Source of the DNA: Candidatus Nanoarchaeia archaeon
GTDB taxonomy: Bacteria; Patescibacteriota; Microgenomatia; Woykebacterales; RBG-16-39-9b
Direction: 5' to 3'
Assembly: GCA_036514715.1 (NCBI GenBank)
Contig: DATBWR010000011.1
Span: forward strand, 1-46,101
Length of the DNA stretch: 46,101 nucleotides
Made by a program: the position numbers and the translations under genes. Of this stretch, positions 8,617-18,041 are shown in pieces. The stretch's first letter is position 1. Each line of letters begins with the position of its first letter. The notes under the pieces were generated by a model. The model did not search any database. It saw only the letters and a program-made list of their open reading frames with translations, and was not told where the DNA came from.

Positions 8617-10980
8617 ATGGATCAAAGAATTTTACCTTTAATTGCAGTCCGGGACGTAGTTGTCTTCCCGGGTAGCTCTATCCCTATCTCTATTAAACGC
8701 GAACAGTCAGTCGCTGCTTTGGAAGAAGCTTTAGGAACCGACAAAGTAGTTTTCTTAACAATGCAAAAAAATAAGGAAACTGATAAACCTTCTCCTGACG
8801 AGCTTTACACTGTCGGAACTATTTCGAAAGTCACTCAAATCCAACGTTTGCCAGACGGTATTATTAACGTTCTAGTCAGTGGCCAAATTAAAGCTAAAAT
8901 TAAAACTTTTGTTCAAGAATCTCCTTTTTTCAAAGTGTCCGTGGACGAAATAGAAGAAGTTGAAATCCCTGTCGAGGAGCTTTCACGACTGCTCTCTCCT
9001 TCAATCGAAAAGTTTAAGAAATTAATCTCTTTTGGAAAACCAACTCCAATTGATGTCCTTGGAGCAATGGCCAACTTTGCCAACCCCTTGCAAACTTTGG
9101 ACGTCATTATTTCCAATTTAGATATCAAATCCAATGAGAGGCAGTCCCTTTTGGAGGAAAACAATTTACGCAAGAGGCTAAAAATAGTTGATCAGTATCT
9201 TGCTAACGAGATTTCAATTCTTGGCACTGCTCGTAAAATTCAGGACCAAACTGCTGAGGAAATTGGCAAGAGTGCTAAAGAAGTTTTCTTAAGAGAGCAA
9301 CTCAAAACTATCGAGAAAGAGCTTGGGATGAAAGAGGAAAAGGAAGAATTTGCCGAACTAGAAAAGAAGATTAGGGCTTGCAGTATGAGCCCTGAAGTTG
9401 AAACTAAAGCTCTCAAAGAGTTAGATCGACTGCGTAGAGTCCCGCCTTTTTCTCCTGAAGTTTCCTACATCCGAACCTATCTAGATCTAATGGTTGATTT
9501 GCCCTGGAACAAGCGTTCCGAAACCAAAATTGATGTTAAAAAGGCAGAAAAAATTTTGAACGAAGATCACTACGGCCTTTATAAAATCAAAGAAAGAATT
9601 CTTGAGTATCTGGCAGTAAAAAAACTGACCGGAAAAATACGCGGGCCGATTCTTTGTTTCTTCGGTCCTCCGGGAGTAGGTAAAACTTCGATCGGCCGCT
9701 CTATAGCCCGCGCCATGGACCGTAAGTTTGTCAAAGTTTCTCTTGGTGGTATACGGGATGAAGCGGAAATCCGCGGTCACCGCCGTACCTACGTTGGTGC
9801 CCTGCCGGGGAGGATTATCCAAGGTATAAAGGATGCCGAAACTAACAACCCGGTCTTTATGCTCGATGAGATTGACAAGCTTGGTTTTGACTATCGAGGT
9901 GACCCATCTTCTGCACTATTAGAAGCTCTGGACCCAGAACAAAATAAAGGCTTTAGCGATCATTATCTTGAAGTTCCTTTTGATCTTTCTGACGTAGTCT
10001 TTATTACCACTGCTAACATGCTCGAAACCATACCACCCGCCCTAAGGGATCGTATGGAAGTAATTGAATTTCCAGGTTATACCGAAGAGGAAAAATTCCA
10101 CATCGCCAAAAACTTTCTCCTGCCCAAGCAGCTAGAAAATCACGGTTTATCAAAGGCCACCTTTGAAATTAAAGATGAAGCTCTTAAAAAGGTTATTACC
10201 AAATACACCCGAGAGGCTGGTGTCCGCAATTTAGAAAGAGAGCTCTCCGCTCTTTGTCGAAAAGTAGCCCGTGATATTGCCGAAAGCAAAACTAAAAAAG
10301 AGATAATCACTTCTAAAAAGCTTAGTAAATATTTGGGTCCGGAAAAGTTTGAACCCTGGACAGTAGGTAAGATAGACGAAGTTGGGGTTTCGACTGGACT
10401 GGCTTGGACTGAAGCTGGCGGTGAGGTCCTTAATATCGAAACTACCCTCATGCCTGGCAAAGGTAATTTAATTTTGACTGGCCATTTAGGAGACGTTATG
10501 AAAGAATCAGCCCAAGCGGCTCTCTCCTTTGTGCGCTCAAAGCTTGCTGAGTTTGGGATCAAGGAAAATCTTGCCCAAAAATACGATATCCACCTTCATG
10601 TACCGGCTGGAGCCATACCAAAAGACGGTCCCAGCGCTGGTACGGCTATGGCTACCTCTTTAATGAGTGCTATGACTAAGATGGAGGTCCGAAAAGAAGT
10701 CGCCATGACCGGAGAAATTACTTTGCGAGGTAAAATCTTGGAGATTGGTGGAATTAAAGAAAAAGTCTTAGCAGCACACCGAGCTGGGTTAAAAACTGTA
10801 ATTCTACCAGCTCGTAACGAGAAAGATTTGAGTGAAATTCCGGCCAACACCAGGAAGGACTTGAAATTTGTTTTTGCTGAAGATATGAGTGATGTTTTGA
10901 AAACCGCTTTGGTTGATTACCCGGCACGAGCCCCCAAAATACAAACTGATGGTAGCTTACCCCGTGTAGCCGCTGCTTAA
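8617..10980 (+). CDS. lon: ATP-dependent protease La
   Basis: LON N-domain, GPPGVGKTS, RGHRRTYVGALPG, LDEIDK, PKDGPSAG (catalytic Ser), GIKEK (Lys). Confidence 0.97.
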   Translation: MDQRILPLIAVRDVVVFPGSSIPISIKREQSVAALEEALGTDKVVFLTMQKNKETDKPSPDELYTVGTISKVTQIQRLPDGIINVLVSGQIKAKIKTFVQESPFFKVSVDEIEEVEIPVEELSRLLSPSIEKFKKLISFGKPTPIDVLGAMANFANPLQTLDVIISNLDIKSNERQSLLEENNLRKRLKIVDQYLANEISILGTARKIQDQTAEEIGKSAKEVFLREQLKTIEKELGMKEEKEEFAELEKKIRACSMSPEVETKALKELDRLRRVPPFSPEVSYIRTYLDLMVDLPWNKRSETKIDVKKAEKILNEDHYGLYKIKERILEYLAVKKLTGKIRGPILCFFGPPGVGKTSIGRSIARAMDRKFVKVSLGGIRDEAEIRGHRRTYVGALPGRIIQGIKDAETNNPVFMLDEIDKLGFDYRGDPSSALLEALDPEQNKGFSDHYLEVPFDLSDVVFITTANMLETIPPALRDRMEVIEFPGYTEEEKFHIAKNFLLPKQLENHGLSKATFEIKDEALKKVITKYTREAGVRNLERELSALCRKVARDIAESKTKKEIITSKKLSKYLGPEKFEPWTVGKIDEVGVSTGLAWTEAGGEVLNIETTLMPGKGNLILTGHLGDVMKESAQAALSFVRSKLAEFGIKENLAQKYDIHLHVPAGAIPKDGPSAGTAMATSLMSAMTKMEVRKEVAMTGEITLRGKILEIGGIKEKVLAAHRAGLKTVILPARNEKDLSEIPANTRKDLKFVFAEDMSDVLKTALVDYPARAPKIQTDGSLPRVAAA

Positions 10981-11042
10981 CCTTAAGCTCCTCCATCAAC
11001 TTTAGTTGACAGGTCAGCTGTTAGTTTCGGATACTTTAAGTA

Positions 11043-12107
11043 ATGCCACAGAAGCCTACCCGTAAATTACTTTTTAAGTTACTCTTCTTTGCTGGCCTCT
11101 TAATTTTACTCGTTAGCTTAATTTTGATTTTAGTTTTTAGCATCGGTAGAAACTCTAAAACAGATTACTCTAACAACAGCACTGTTAAAACTCAAGTTCA
11201 AACAAAGATAACAGAACCTATCAAAGGGGTTAGTTTTTCTCCTAAAAGTTTTGCAGCAAGCGATATTGCAGGCTTTTTTAAACTTGCTACAGAGGCTGGT
11301 ACAGCCATAACTTGGGCAGGCGATTGGTTTGAGCTTGGAGATACCAAAAAATTTCCCCATACCTTCATCAAATACTCAAAGCAGTACAAGTTTACTCCGG
11401 TGATCATTGTTGGGCTTTACAACCAAGGGGAGAAGAAATTAATCCGTCTACTAACTGAAGGTACTTTGGCTAGCTACAAAACTTACGCAGTGGAGTTTAC
11501 CAAAAAGTATCAGCCGCCTTTTTTTGGCATGGGAGTGGAGGTGGACATTATGTACGAAAACCACCCGGCTGAGTTTGAAAAATTTGTCAACCTTTTTAAT
11601 GAAACCGCCAAAGAAGTAAGGAAAGTTTCACTCAACACTAAGATTTTCACTGCTTTTCAGTTGGAACAGACAAAAGGCTTAAGAGGTGGGCTTTTTGGTG
11701 GAAAAAACGATCCAAGCAAGCACAACTGGGCACTACTCTCAAAGTTTATTGAGGCTGATTTTATTGCTTTTACCACTTACCCGCACTTAATTCACAAAAA
11801 TCCTGCCGAAATACCTTCTGATTATTATTCTGAGATTAAAACCCGCACGGCCAAGAAAGTTGCCTTTATTGAGACCGGCTGGCCAAGCGTTAATATTGCT
11901 AGCGGCTGGGAGTCAACAGAAACCGAGCAAGGCCAGTTTTTGGACGTTCTCTTGAGTCAAATTGAAACTTTAGATAAAGTTATGGTGATCTGGCCATTTC
12001 TTTACGATACGGACACAGGGGCCGCTTTCAAAGGCTTAGGCCTAATACCTAAAGAGGGTCACGAAAAACTTTCCTGGGAAAAATGGAAAGGTGCGGTTAT
12101 TGATTGA
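11043..12107 (+). CDS. Membrane-anchored extracytoplasmic protein, glycoside-hydrolase-like barrel
   Basis: N-terminal TM; G.EVD, FTTYP and ETGWPS resemble clan GH-A (GH17/GH53-like) strands. Substrate unknown. Confidence 0.55.
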   Translation: MPQKPTRKLLFKLLFFAGLLILLVSLILILVFSIGRNSKTDYSNNSTVKTQVQTKITEPIKGVSFSPKSFAASDIAGFFKLATEAGTAITWAGDWFELGDTKKFPHTFIKYSKQYKFTPVIIVGLYNQGEKKLIRLLTEGTLASYKTYAVEFTKKYQPPFFGMGVEVDIMYENHPAEFEKFVNLFNETAKEVRKVSLNTKIFTAFQLEQTKGLRGGLFGGKNDPSKHNWALLSKFIEADFIAFTTYPHLIHKNPAEIPSDYYSEIKTRTAKKVAFIETGWPSVNIASGWESTETEQGQFLDVLLSQIETLDKVMVIWPFLYDTDTGAAFKGLGLIPKEGHEKLSWEKWKGAVID

Positions 12108-12708
12108 TTTGAGCGAAAACTCGAGCTGGGGAACCGTCAATTTGGAGTTTTAGGGGTAGTGCATAAACTGTAAAGTTTTTACCTACCAGCACATCGAGGT
12201 TGGTTAAATTCTCGATTATTAAAATGTCGTTCTTAAGAAGAAGCCTATGGATATCAAAAGGCTCATGATCCACACTGCACATATCCACCCCAACCATTTT
12301 TATTTTCTTATTAACTAGGTAATCGGCAATTTCAGTACCAATCGCCGGGTAGTTATCGTAATAAGAAGATTGGAAATACTCTTTGCTCATACCGGTATTA
12401 AAAAGGACAATATCACCCTCCAGAATATCTTCTTCTTTAACTTTCTCCAAAGTTATCTCTTTACCGCAACTTATCACCACTCCCCTACCAATAAATTTTT
12501 CAATTGGGTACTTATCTAAAGACTTTCCACCTGCAAGCATATGACGAGGCGCATCAACGTGAGTTCCAACGTGGGTTCCTACGGAAACATAATGGTCCTC
12601 GTAGCCATCTGTTTCCATAACCGCAGATGGCGCAATCTTTGTGACTGGATCACCAGGGTAGATTGGGGTTTTTTCATTTAAATCAACTGAAAGATCAATA
12701 AGTTTCAT
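12097..12708 (-). CDS. Cyclase / kynurenine formamidase family metallohydrolase
   Basis: HVGTHVDAP.H motif, YPGDP, GVD..SVD, IIENL.NL, DGSPAR. Confidence 0.88.
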   Translation of the reverse strand: MKLIDLSVDLNEKTPIYPGDPVTKIAPSAVMETDGYEDHYVSVGTHVGTHVDAPRHMLAGGKSLDKYPIEKFIGRGVVISCGKEITLEKVKEEDILEGDIVLFNTGMSKEYFQSSYYDNYPAIGTEIADYLVNKKIKMVGVDMCSVDHEPFDIHRLLLKNDILIIENLTNLDVLVGKNFTVYALPLKLQIDGSPARVFAQINQ

Positions 12709-12712
12709 GAAG

Positions 12713-12788
12713 TGGTACGCCCAGAGGGATTCGAACCCCCGACCTTGACGTTAGAACCGTCCTGCTCTATCCACTGAGCTATGGGCGC
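12713..12788 (-). tRNA. tRNA-Arg(TCT)
   Basis: Reverse strand GCGCCCA...GGACG-GT-TCT-AA-CGTCA...GGTTCGAAT...TGGGCGTACCA; A20 present; upstream TGnTATAAT. Confidence 0.88.
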
Positions 12789-12932
12789 CCGAGATTTTCC
12801 TAATTATACCATCCGGAACCACAAATTTGTACTTAATTTGCTCTAGTCGCAAAAATACGCGATCGCTTAAGATTGCGACCGCGTGCTTTATTGAACTTCC
12901 AGCCTTAAAATGTTAAAATGTTCTGGTTTCGT

Positions 12933-13008
12933 GGGCGGCTAGCTCAATCGGTAGAGCAGATGCCTCTTAAGCATCCGGTTCAGGGTTCGAGTCCCTGGCC
13001 GCTCACCA
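12933..13008 (+). tRNA. tRNA-Lys(CTT)
   Basis: GATGC-CT-CTT-AA-GCATC; CCA; promoter TTGAAC-17-TAAAAT at 12891-12919. Confidence 0.95.
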
Positions 13009-13071
13009 ACTTGGTCGGGTAATTCCCCAGCTGTTGGCATTAGAAAAGCGGTCTTCAGGATCTAAGGACGC

Positions 13072-14325
13072 TTAACTTACAAAAAATCTTACCCCTTTAA
13101 ACCAAAGTTTCAAGGCGGTAAGAAAGGGTAAAATCGACAAAAAATACTTTAAGGCTACTACCCGCTTCATCCACCAGGCAGGCATTCCTGAAAACCTCAA
13201 GCCCAGAAATTCACCCAGAGCAAACCCTTTGCCAATCGGTACTATGAAATTGGGTAGTTTGGGCTGGAACTCATCAATCTTCTTACCCCCCGAGATACTT
13301 CTAATCGCCCGTGCTATATATTTCCCCTGAGAAATAGCTAGTTGTGCTGTGGGCGGAACAACACAAGAGCGCTGATAATCGTAACAAAAACTGTTATCCC
13401 CAATTGCGAAAACTCCTTCGAAGCCAACAACTTGCAAGCTACGATTTACTGCTAGACACGCTCCTTTTTCCAACTTTACTCCCTCAAGACTTTCGACTAG
13501 AGGGTTTGCCCTTATACCAGCTGTCCAAATTAGGAGATCAAAATCATAAACTTGTCCGTTTTCCAGCCTTATTTTATGGTCTGTTAATTGAGTTATCTTG
13601 CTGTCTAAGTGGACATTAACACCAAGTTTCTGCAGCCTTCTTAAGGCTTCTGCCTGATACCAAGGTTTAGACCCGTTTAAAAGAGTAGGACAAGCTTCAA
13701 TCACGCTCAGGTCAATTAGTTCAATTGGGTGGTTATGCAGCTTAGCCAAGGTTTTCAAATACCTAACTAACTCTCCGGCAACCTCAACACCAGTAAATCC
13801 TCCTCCGCCCACGACCACGTTAATTGGCTTGTTAGGCTTTTTTTGAACAAACAGCTCATCAACGCTGTTACGAATGTTAAGGGCATCCCCAACGGTTTTC
13901 AAAGGCAGGGCAACCTCTTCAAGGTTTTTCATCCCAAAATAATTAGTCGTGCTACCCAACGCGATGATCAGAATATCAAAGTCTCTTTTTCCGCCCTTTT
14001 CCAAAATCACAAACCTATCTTTAAGATTAATATGGTCAACTTTATCAACAACAACTTCAACATTTTTACCCTTAAAAATCTCCTCAAAAGGTACCATTAC
14101 AGAACCCGCCAAATTTTCAAACTGCAGAGCAGTTTGTGGCTTACTTTCCCCTTCTGGCAAAAAGGCAGCCGCTACCTCGTAGAAGTCAGCGTGAAATTCA
14201 TGAAACTTGTGTTGGTCAATTAAGGCAACATCGACATTTGGTAAATGGGACTTTGAAAGCTCAAGGGCTGATCTGACGCCCCCAAAACCACCGCCTAAAA
14301 TTAAGATTTTGGTTTTTTGTATCAA
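13072..14325 (-). CDS. ndh: Type II NADH dehydrogenase (NDH-2)
   Basis: Two Rossmann motifs (ILGGGFGG; VGGGGFTGVEVAGEL), ALGS, WTAG, FAIGD, PPTAQ.A..QG. Confidence 0.85.
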   Translation of the reverse strand: MIQKTKILILGGGFGGVRSALELSKSHLPNVDVALIDQHKFHEFHADFYEVAAAFLPEGESKPQTALQFENLAGSVMVPFEEIFKGKNVEVVVDKVDHINLKDRFVILEKGGKRDFDILIIALGSTTNYFGMKNLEEVALPLKTVGDALNIRNSVDELFVQKKPNKPINVVVGGGGFTGVEVAGELVRYLKTLAKLHNHPIELIDLSVIEACPTLLNGSKPWYQAEALRRLQKLGVNVHLDSKITQLTDHKIRLENGQVYDFDLLIWTAGIRANPLVESLEGVKLEKGACLAVNRSLQVVGFEGVFAIGDNSFCYDYQRSCVVPPTAQLAISQGKYIARAIRSISGGKKIDEFQPKLPNFIVPIGKGFALGEFLGLRFSGMPAWWMKRVVALKYFLSILPFLTALKLWFKGVRFFVS

Positions 14326-15959
14326 AACTTGTCCCTAATATGGGCTAGAGAATAATTTAGATTAGCATCAGTCTTTTTGTGGGGGTTAAAAATGTTTTTA
14401 GGGTCAAAGATAGTTTTTACTTCTTTGAAGATTGCAAACATCGTCTCTCCATACATTTTCTTTAAATAAGGCCCTCGGATGAGCCCGTCGTTGTGCTCAG
14501 CCGAAATTGACCCTCCAAACCTTAACACCAGATCGTAAACTTCTTCAGCAACAACTGGAATTTTAGCCTTATCTTCATCCTGGCGAAGATCCATCAACGG
14601 GATAATGTGAAAGTTCCCATCTCCCATGTGTCCAGCGATCGTATAAAGAAGTTTATGCTTGTCCAGAATATCCGTAAGTTTCGGGAAAAACTCTAGTAAA
14701 TGCCCGGGGTTAACGATAAAATCATCAATAAAAGGGGCGGTATGTTTGTTTTTAATGTTCTCTCTCAAGAGATTAAAGCTTTCACGGCGTATTACCCAAT
14801 ACTTTTCTGATTTTTTCTTGGTATCGGCAACAGTTGTCTTGATATTGAAATGGGAAATCTGCTCTTTGAGTTTACTTAATTTCTCATCAACCTCACTTTG
14901 AGTTTCCCCAGTGTATTCGACTAACAAGGTAAATTTTGGAATCCCGAGAGTTGCAAACGATAACAACTGCGGTAAGAAATGAACGCCCATATCGATTGTT
15001 CCCTTTAACCCCAGAACTCCGGCAAATTTTGGTATCAACTTTAGTGCTAATCTCAGGGTATGGTCGTCAAAGGCTTCAAAACTCTCCGGCTGAGTTGGGC
15101 TAACTGCGCCAATTAGTTCCGGTAACTTCTCAAGTTCCTCCAAATAGATTACTAACAGACCAGAGAATTCTTTCGTCCGCAGCAGATCTATTTTTGCTTC
15201 AGTAATCAGGCCTAAAGTACCCTGCGAGCCCACAAGCAGTTTGGTGAGGTCAAATTTTTCTTTGTCCCAAACGTCCCAAAGGTTATAGGCAGTCGAGTTC
15301 TTGCTCACCTTTGGTTTAGCTGCCTTAATTGCCTCATAGTTACTCTCGATTAATTTGTAGACAGAACGATAAATCCCACCCTCAAAGTCGCCTTGGCCCA
15401 TTTTTGCCTCTAGCTCATTTCTTGAGATAGGCTGGAAGCTGTACTCATACCCATCGCTTAAAACCGCTTTCAACTGCTTGACATAATCAATGGTTTTTCC
15501 ATGAGTAAGAGTCTTTTCACCACCAGAGTTGTTGGCGATCATCCCTCCCAAAGCGCAAATGCCTTTTGAAGCTGGGTAACTGGGTAAAAACAAATTGTAT
15601 TTGAGAGCCTCACGTTCAAAATCACGGTAATAAACCCCAGGCTCAGTTGTTACCAAACGATCCTCAAAGCCCCTAAGGTGGTTAAAATATTTTGTAAAAT
15701 CGATAGTAATCGAATCGTTAATCGCGCCCCCACTCATGTCTGTTCCACCACTACGCGCCGTGAGGGATAAACTTGGGTAACTATCCTTATTTTTAGAAAC
15801 AAAGTTAACTAATTTACCAACTTCAGAGCTGTCTTGAGGAAAAACAACTACTTGTGGAGTAAGTTGAAAGATACTAGCATCGTGGCTATAGCGGTTAAGC
15901 GCTTCTTTATCAAAGGTTAAACCTTTCACCAGAGATGAGAGTTCTTCGGGCAAGTTCAT
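14322..15959 (-). CDS. FAD-binding oxidoreductase (GlcD/D-lactate dehydrogenase/YdiJ-N-like), no Fe-S tail
   Basis: YSHDAS, ARSGGT, GGMIANNSGG, GSQGTLG, GH.GDGNFH, SAEHNDG, FDP.NIFNP. Confidence 0.85.
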   Translation of the reverse strand: MNLPEELSSLVKGLTFDKEALNRYSHDASIFQLTPQVVVFPQDSSEVGKLVNFVSKNKDSYPSLSLTARSGGTDMSGGAINDSITIDFTKYFNHLRGFEDRLVTTEPGVYYRDFEREALKYNLFLPSYPASKGICALGGMIANNSGGEKTLTHGKTIDYVKQLKAVLSDGYEYSFQPISRNELEAKMGQGDFEGGIYRSVYKLIESNYEAIKAAKPKVSKNSTAYNLWDVWDKEKFDLTKLLVGSQGTLGLITEAKIDLLRTKEFSGLLVIYLEELEKLPELIGAVSPTQPESFEAFDDHTLRLALKLIPKFAGVLGLKGTIDMGVHFLPQLLSFATLGIPKFTLLVEYTGETQSEVDEKLSKLKEQISHFNIKTTVADTKKKSEKYWVIRRESFNLLRENIKNKHTAPFIDDFIVNPGHLLEFFPKLTDILDKHKLLYTIAGHMGDGNFHIIPLMDLRQDEDKAKIPVVAEEVYDLVLRFGGSISAEHNDGLIRGPYLKKMYGETMFAIFKEVKTIFDPKNIFNPHKKTDANLNYSLAHIRDKF

Positions 15960-15978
15960 TTTTCTTTTTCGTTAAAGT

Positions 15979-16305
15979 TTATTTGCCTGCTAAAAAACCC
16001 ACCAGAGGTTCAAAAATCGGAGGGAAAACCATAAAGAAAAAAATAATTGCTGAGATTATGTAAACCCAAAAAGCAGTCTTTTGACTTTTTGGCTTAGTTA
16101 TTAAAAAAATCAAGACAGAGGCAAGAAAAACAACCCCAGAGAAAACAAACAAGCCAAGAAGTGGTCCAACTGACGGGTAAAAGTTAAGGAAATTTTTTGT
16201 CGAACTGAAAGCTTCCTTAAGAATGTTTAGAACCCAAAAAAAGTTTAGGGCGAGAGCGGCTGCCCAAAGAGCAGAATTTAGTGGTTGAACTTTTTGATCT
16301 TCCAT
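15979..16305 (-). CDS. Small 3-TM hypothetical membrane protein
   Basis: Hydrophobic; NFYPSVGPLLG and FPPIFE; GGAGG SD; 2 nt from upstream gene. Confidence 0.75.
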   Translation of the reverse strand: MEDQKVQPLNSALWAAALALNFFWVLNILKEAFSSTKNFLNFYPSVGPLLGLFVFSGVVFLASVLIFLITKPKSQKTAFWVYIISAIIFFFMVFPPIFEPLVGFLAGK

Positions 16306-16307
16306 AA

Positions 16308-16826
16308 TTACCTACCTCCTACTGGTGCTGTTTTGGTCACTAAAACTGCCTCAGCGGCGACGGTCAAAACAAAAACGAGAGAAAGAAGCAGCGAAAACAA
16401 GACTGCCAAACGCAACCACTTATACTTTCCCGCATCAATAAAACTTTCCCCCAATCTAGCGACAACAAAAAACGCAACAGCGGTCATAATTAAGGGCGCG
16501 AAAGCAAGAAATTCCTTGTGTTCGAAAACAATTGTATGCAGCCAGGCAGTAGTTTCTGAGGCTAACAAGTCAAACTTAGCCCCGCCTTCGGCACGGTAAG
16601 GGATATAAACTGTAAGTCCAAATATATCAAGCAAGAAAATATCAAGAAAAAGTACCAAAAGGGTTGTCCTCAACCAAACCACGGCTTCTTTAGTTTTTGA
16701 AGACAAGAAATAAAGGGTTAGCGCTCCCCCAAAAAGCAGCAGAGATAACATCGAGAGCAGTCCGTGGAAATCAGCGAACATGCTCCAGAAAGGAATTTCC
16801 AAAAATCCGTCGAGCAGTTCAGTCAT
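16308..16826 (-). CDS. 4-TM hypothetical membrane protein with His residues
   Basis: ADFHGLL, Y.PYRA, WLHTIVFEHKE; four hydrophobic segments. Confidence 0.75.
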   Translation of the reverse strand: MTELLDGFLEIPFWSMFADFHGLLSMLSLLLFGGALTLYFLSSKTKEAVVWLRTTLLVLFLDIFLLDIFGLTVYIPYRAEGGAKFDLLASETTAWLHTIVFEHKEFLAFAPLIMTAVAFFVVARLGESFIDAGKYKWLRLAVLFSLLLSLVFVLTVAAEAVLVTKTAPVGGR

Positions 16827-16858
16827 AATTTAGTCTCACTTAAATTAGGATGCCATTA

Positions 16859-17503
16859 TTATTGATAATTTGCAAGTTCAGCCTCAATCTGGTTTTTAAA
16901 GAAATCAAGGGAGTAATTGCCGGTCACTTTTCTACCATTGAGATAAAAGGTGGGTGTTCCGGGAACCCCCAAGCTTAGACCATCTTTTTTATCAGTCTCA
17001 ACTTTATCATCAGTAGCTGTACCTTGGTAGTCTTGTTCAAACCTCGTTAGATCCAAATTAAGCTCGGTAGCGTACTCTGCAAATTGTTTCCAAGGATCCG
17101 CTGCCAGTGCCCAGCGGTCTTGGTGTTGGTAAAGTAGGTCGTGGTACTTCCAAAACTTGCTCTGTACGCCGGCTGCTTCGGCGGCTTTGGAAGCAGCAAA
17201 GGCGTTCTTGTGGCTCGAGAGTGGAAAATGACGAAAGACGAATTTAACATTACTCTGGTACGAAACCCTCAACTTCTGTAAGGTTGGTTCAACTGCCAAA
17301 CAGGCCGGACATTGAAAATCGCCAAATTCAACTAAAGTTACTTTAGCATCTTCCGGGCCAACAAATTGGCTATTCTGTCTAACTAAAACTTCAGTTGTAA
17401 CGTCACTATTCTTCCCTCTTGATAAGAAAAACAGAAAACCAAAAGCTGCTAACACAAACAGGATAATACCAACAAAAAAGATTGTTTCACCTTTTATTTT
17501 CAT
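16859..17503 (-). CDS. DsbA-family thiol-disulfide oxidoreductase (membrane anchored)
   Basis: EFGDFQCPAC, FRHFPL, GVPGTPTFYLNG. Confidence 0.92.
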   Translation of the reverse strand: MKIKGETIFFVGIILFVLAAFGFLFFLSRGKNSDVTTEVLVRQNSQFVGPEDAKVTLVEFGDFQCPACLAVEPTLQKLRVSYQSNVKFVFRHFPLSSHKNAFAASKAAEAAGVQSKFWKYHDLLYQHQDRWALAADPWKQFAEYATELNLDLTRFEQDYQGTATDDKVETDKKDGLSLGVPGTPTFYLNGRKVTGNYSLDFFKNQIEAELANYQ

Positions 17504-17931
17504 TTTAACCTCACCACTTCATAAACTGAAATTAGGAACAAAAAAAGCACTACCACTGCCGAGGAAACACACCACGTACAATAAGCTTTGATCTTGAAGG
17601 CCTCCAAATAAGTAAGGTAGGCTGAAATACCTAGACCAAGAGCCGTTAAGATAAAAATCAACTTAGAGGTTTTTCGGAAAAACCTCTCGTCAAAAATAGT
17701 GCGCGAGAAACTGAGACCAAAAATTCCCAGATACATCAAACCACCATAGGCCGGAAGAGGCACGTTTAAAAAGTACGCGTAGTCACTTGCCCTGACTTGC
17801 TCACAACCACTATTTACGCAAATAATTGGGGTTCCACTAACGTAAGTGTACAGTAAATACCCTGAAATGATTAATCCGACCAACGAAAGCAAAAAAATTA
17901 AACGGTTACTAGCTCGTAAACCTCTTGTCAT
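17500..17931 (-). CDS. Vitamin K epoxide reductase (VKOR) family
   Basis: Loop cysteines C.NSGC..V..S and active-site CTWC; overlaps the DsbA start. Confidence 0.92.
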   Translation of the reverse strand: MTRGLRASNRLIFLLSLVGLIISGYLLYTYVSGTPIICVNSGCEQVRASDYAYFLNVPLPAYGGLMYLGIFGLSFSRTIFDERFFRKTSKLIFILTALGLGISAYLTYLEAFKIKAYCTWCVSSAVVVLFLFLISVYEVVRLK

Positions 17932-17967
17932 ATATACCTAATTTACATTTTGGGTAGACTCTCAGGC

Positions 17968-17983
17968 GGTGATATTTATCACA
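17968..17983. promoter_or_regulatory. TGTGA-N6-TCACC palindrome (CRP/FNR/Rex-like operator) upstream of VKOR operon
   Basis: Inverted repeat GTGATA-tt-TATCAC; about -42 relative to the -10 TAAATT at 17940-17945. Confidence 0.5.
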
Positions 17984-18041
17984 CCATGGCCGCCACAACA
18001 GTAAAACTTGTTATGCTTTAACTGAAGACAAACTATCTTAA

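Noticed and set aside
11043-12712. tRNA-anchored integrated island
   Set aside because: No integrase and no duplicated tRNA 3' end (att) seen.
12745-12765. Possible CTA (amber suppressor) anticodon in the minus-strand tRNA
   Set aside because: Shifting the loop by one destroys the anticodon stem; the GACG/CGTC register and A20 support Arg(TCT).
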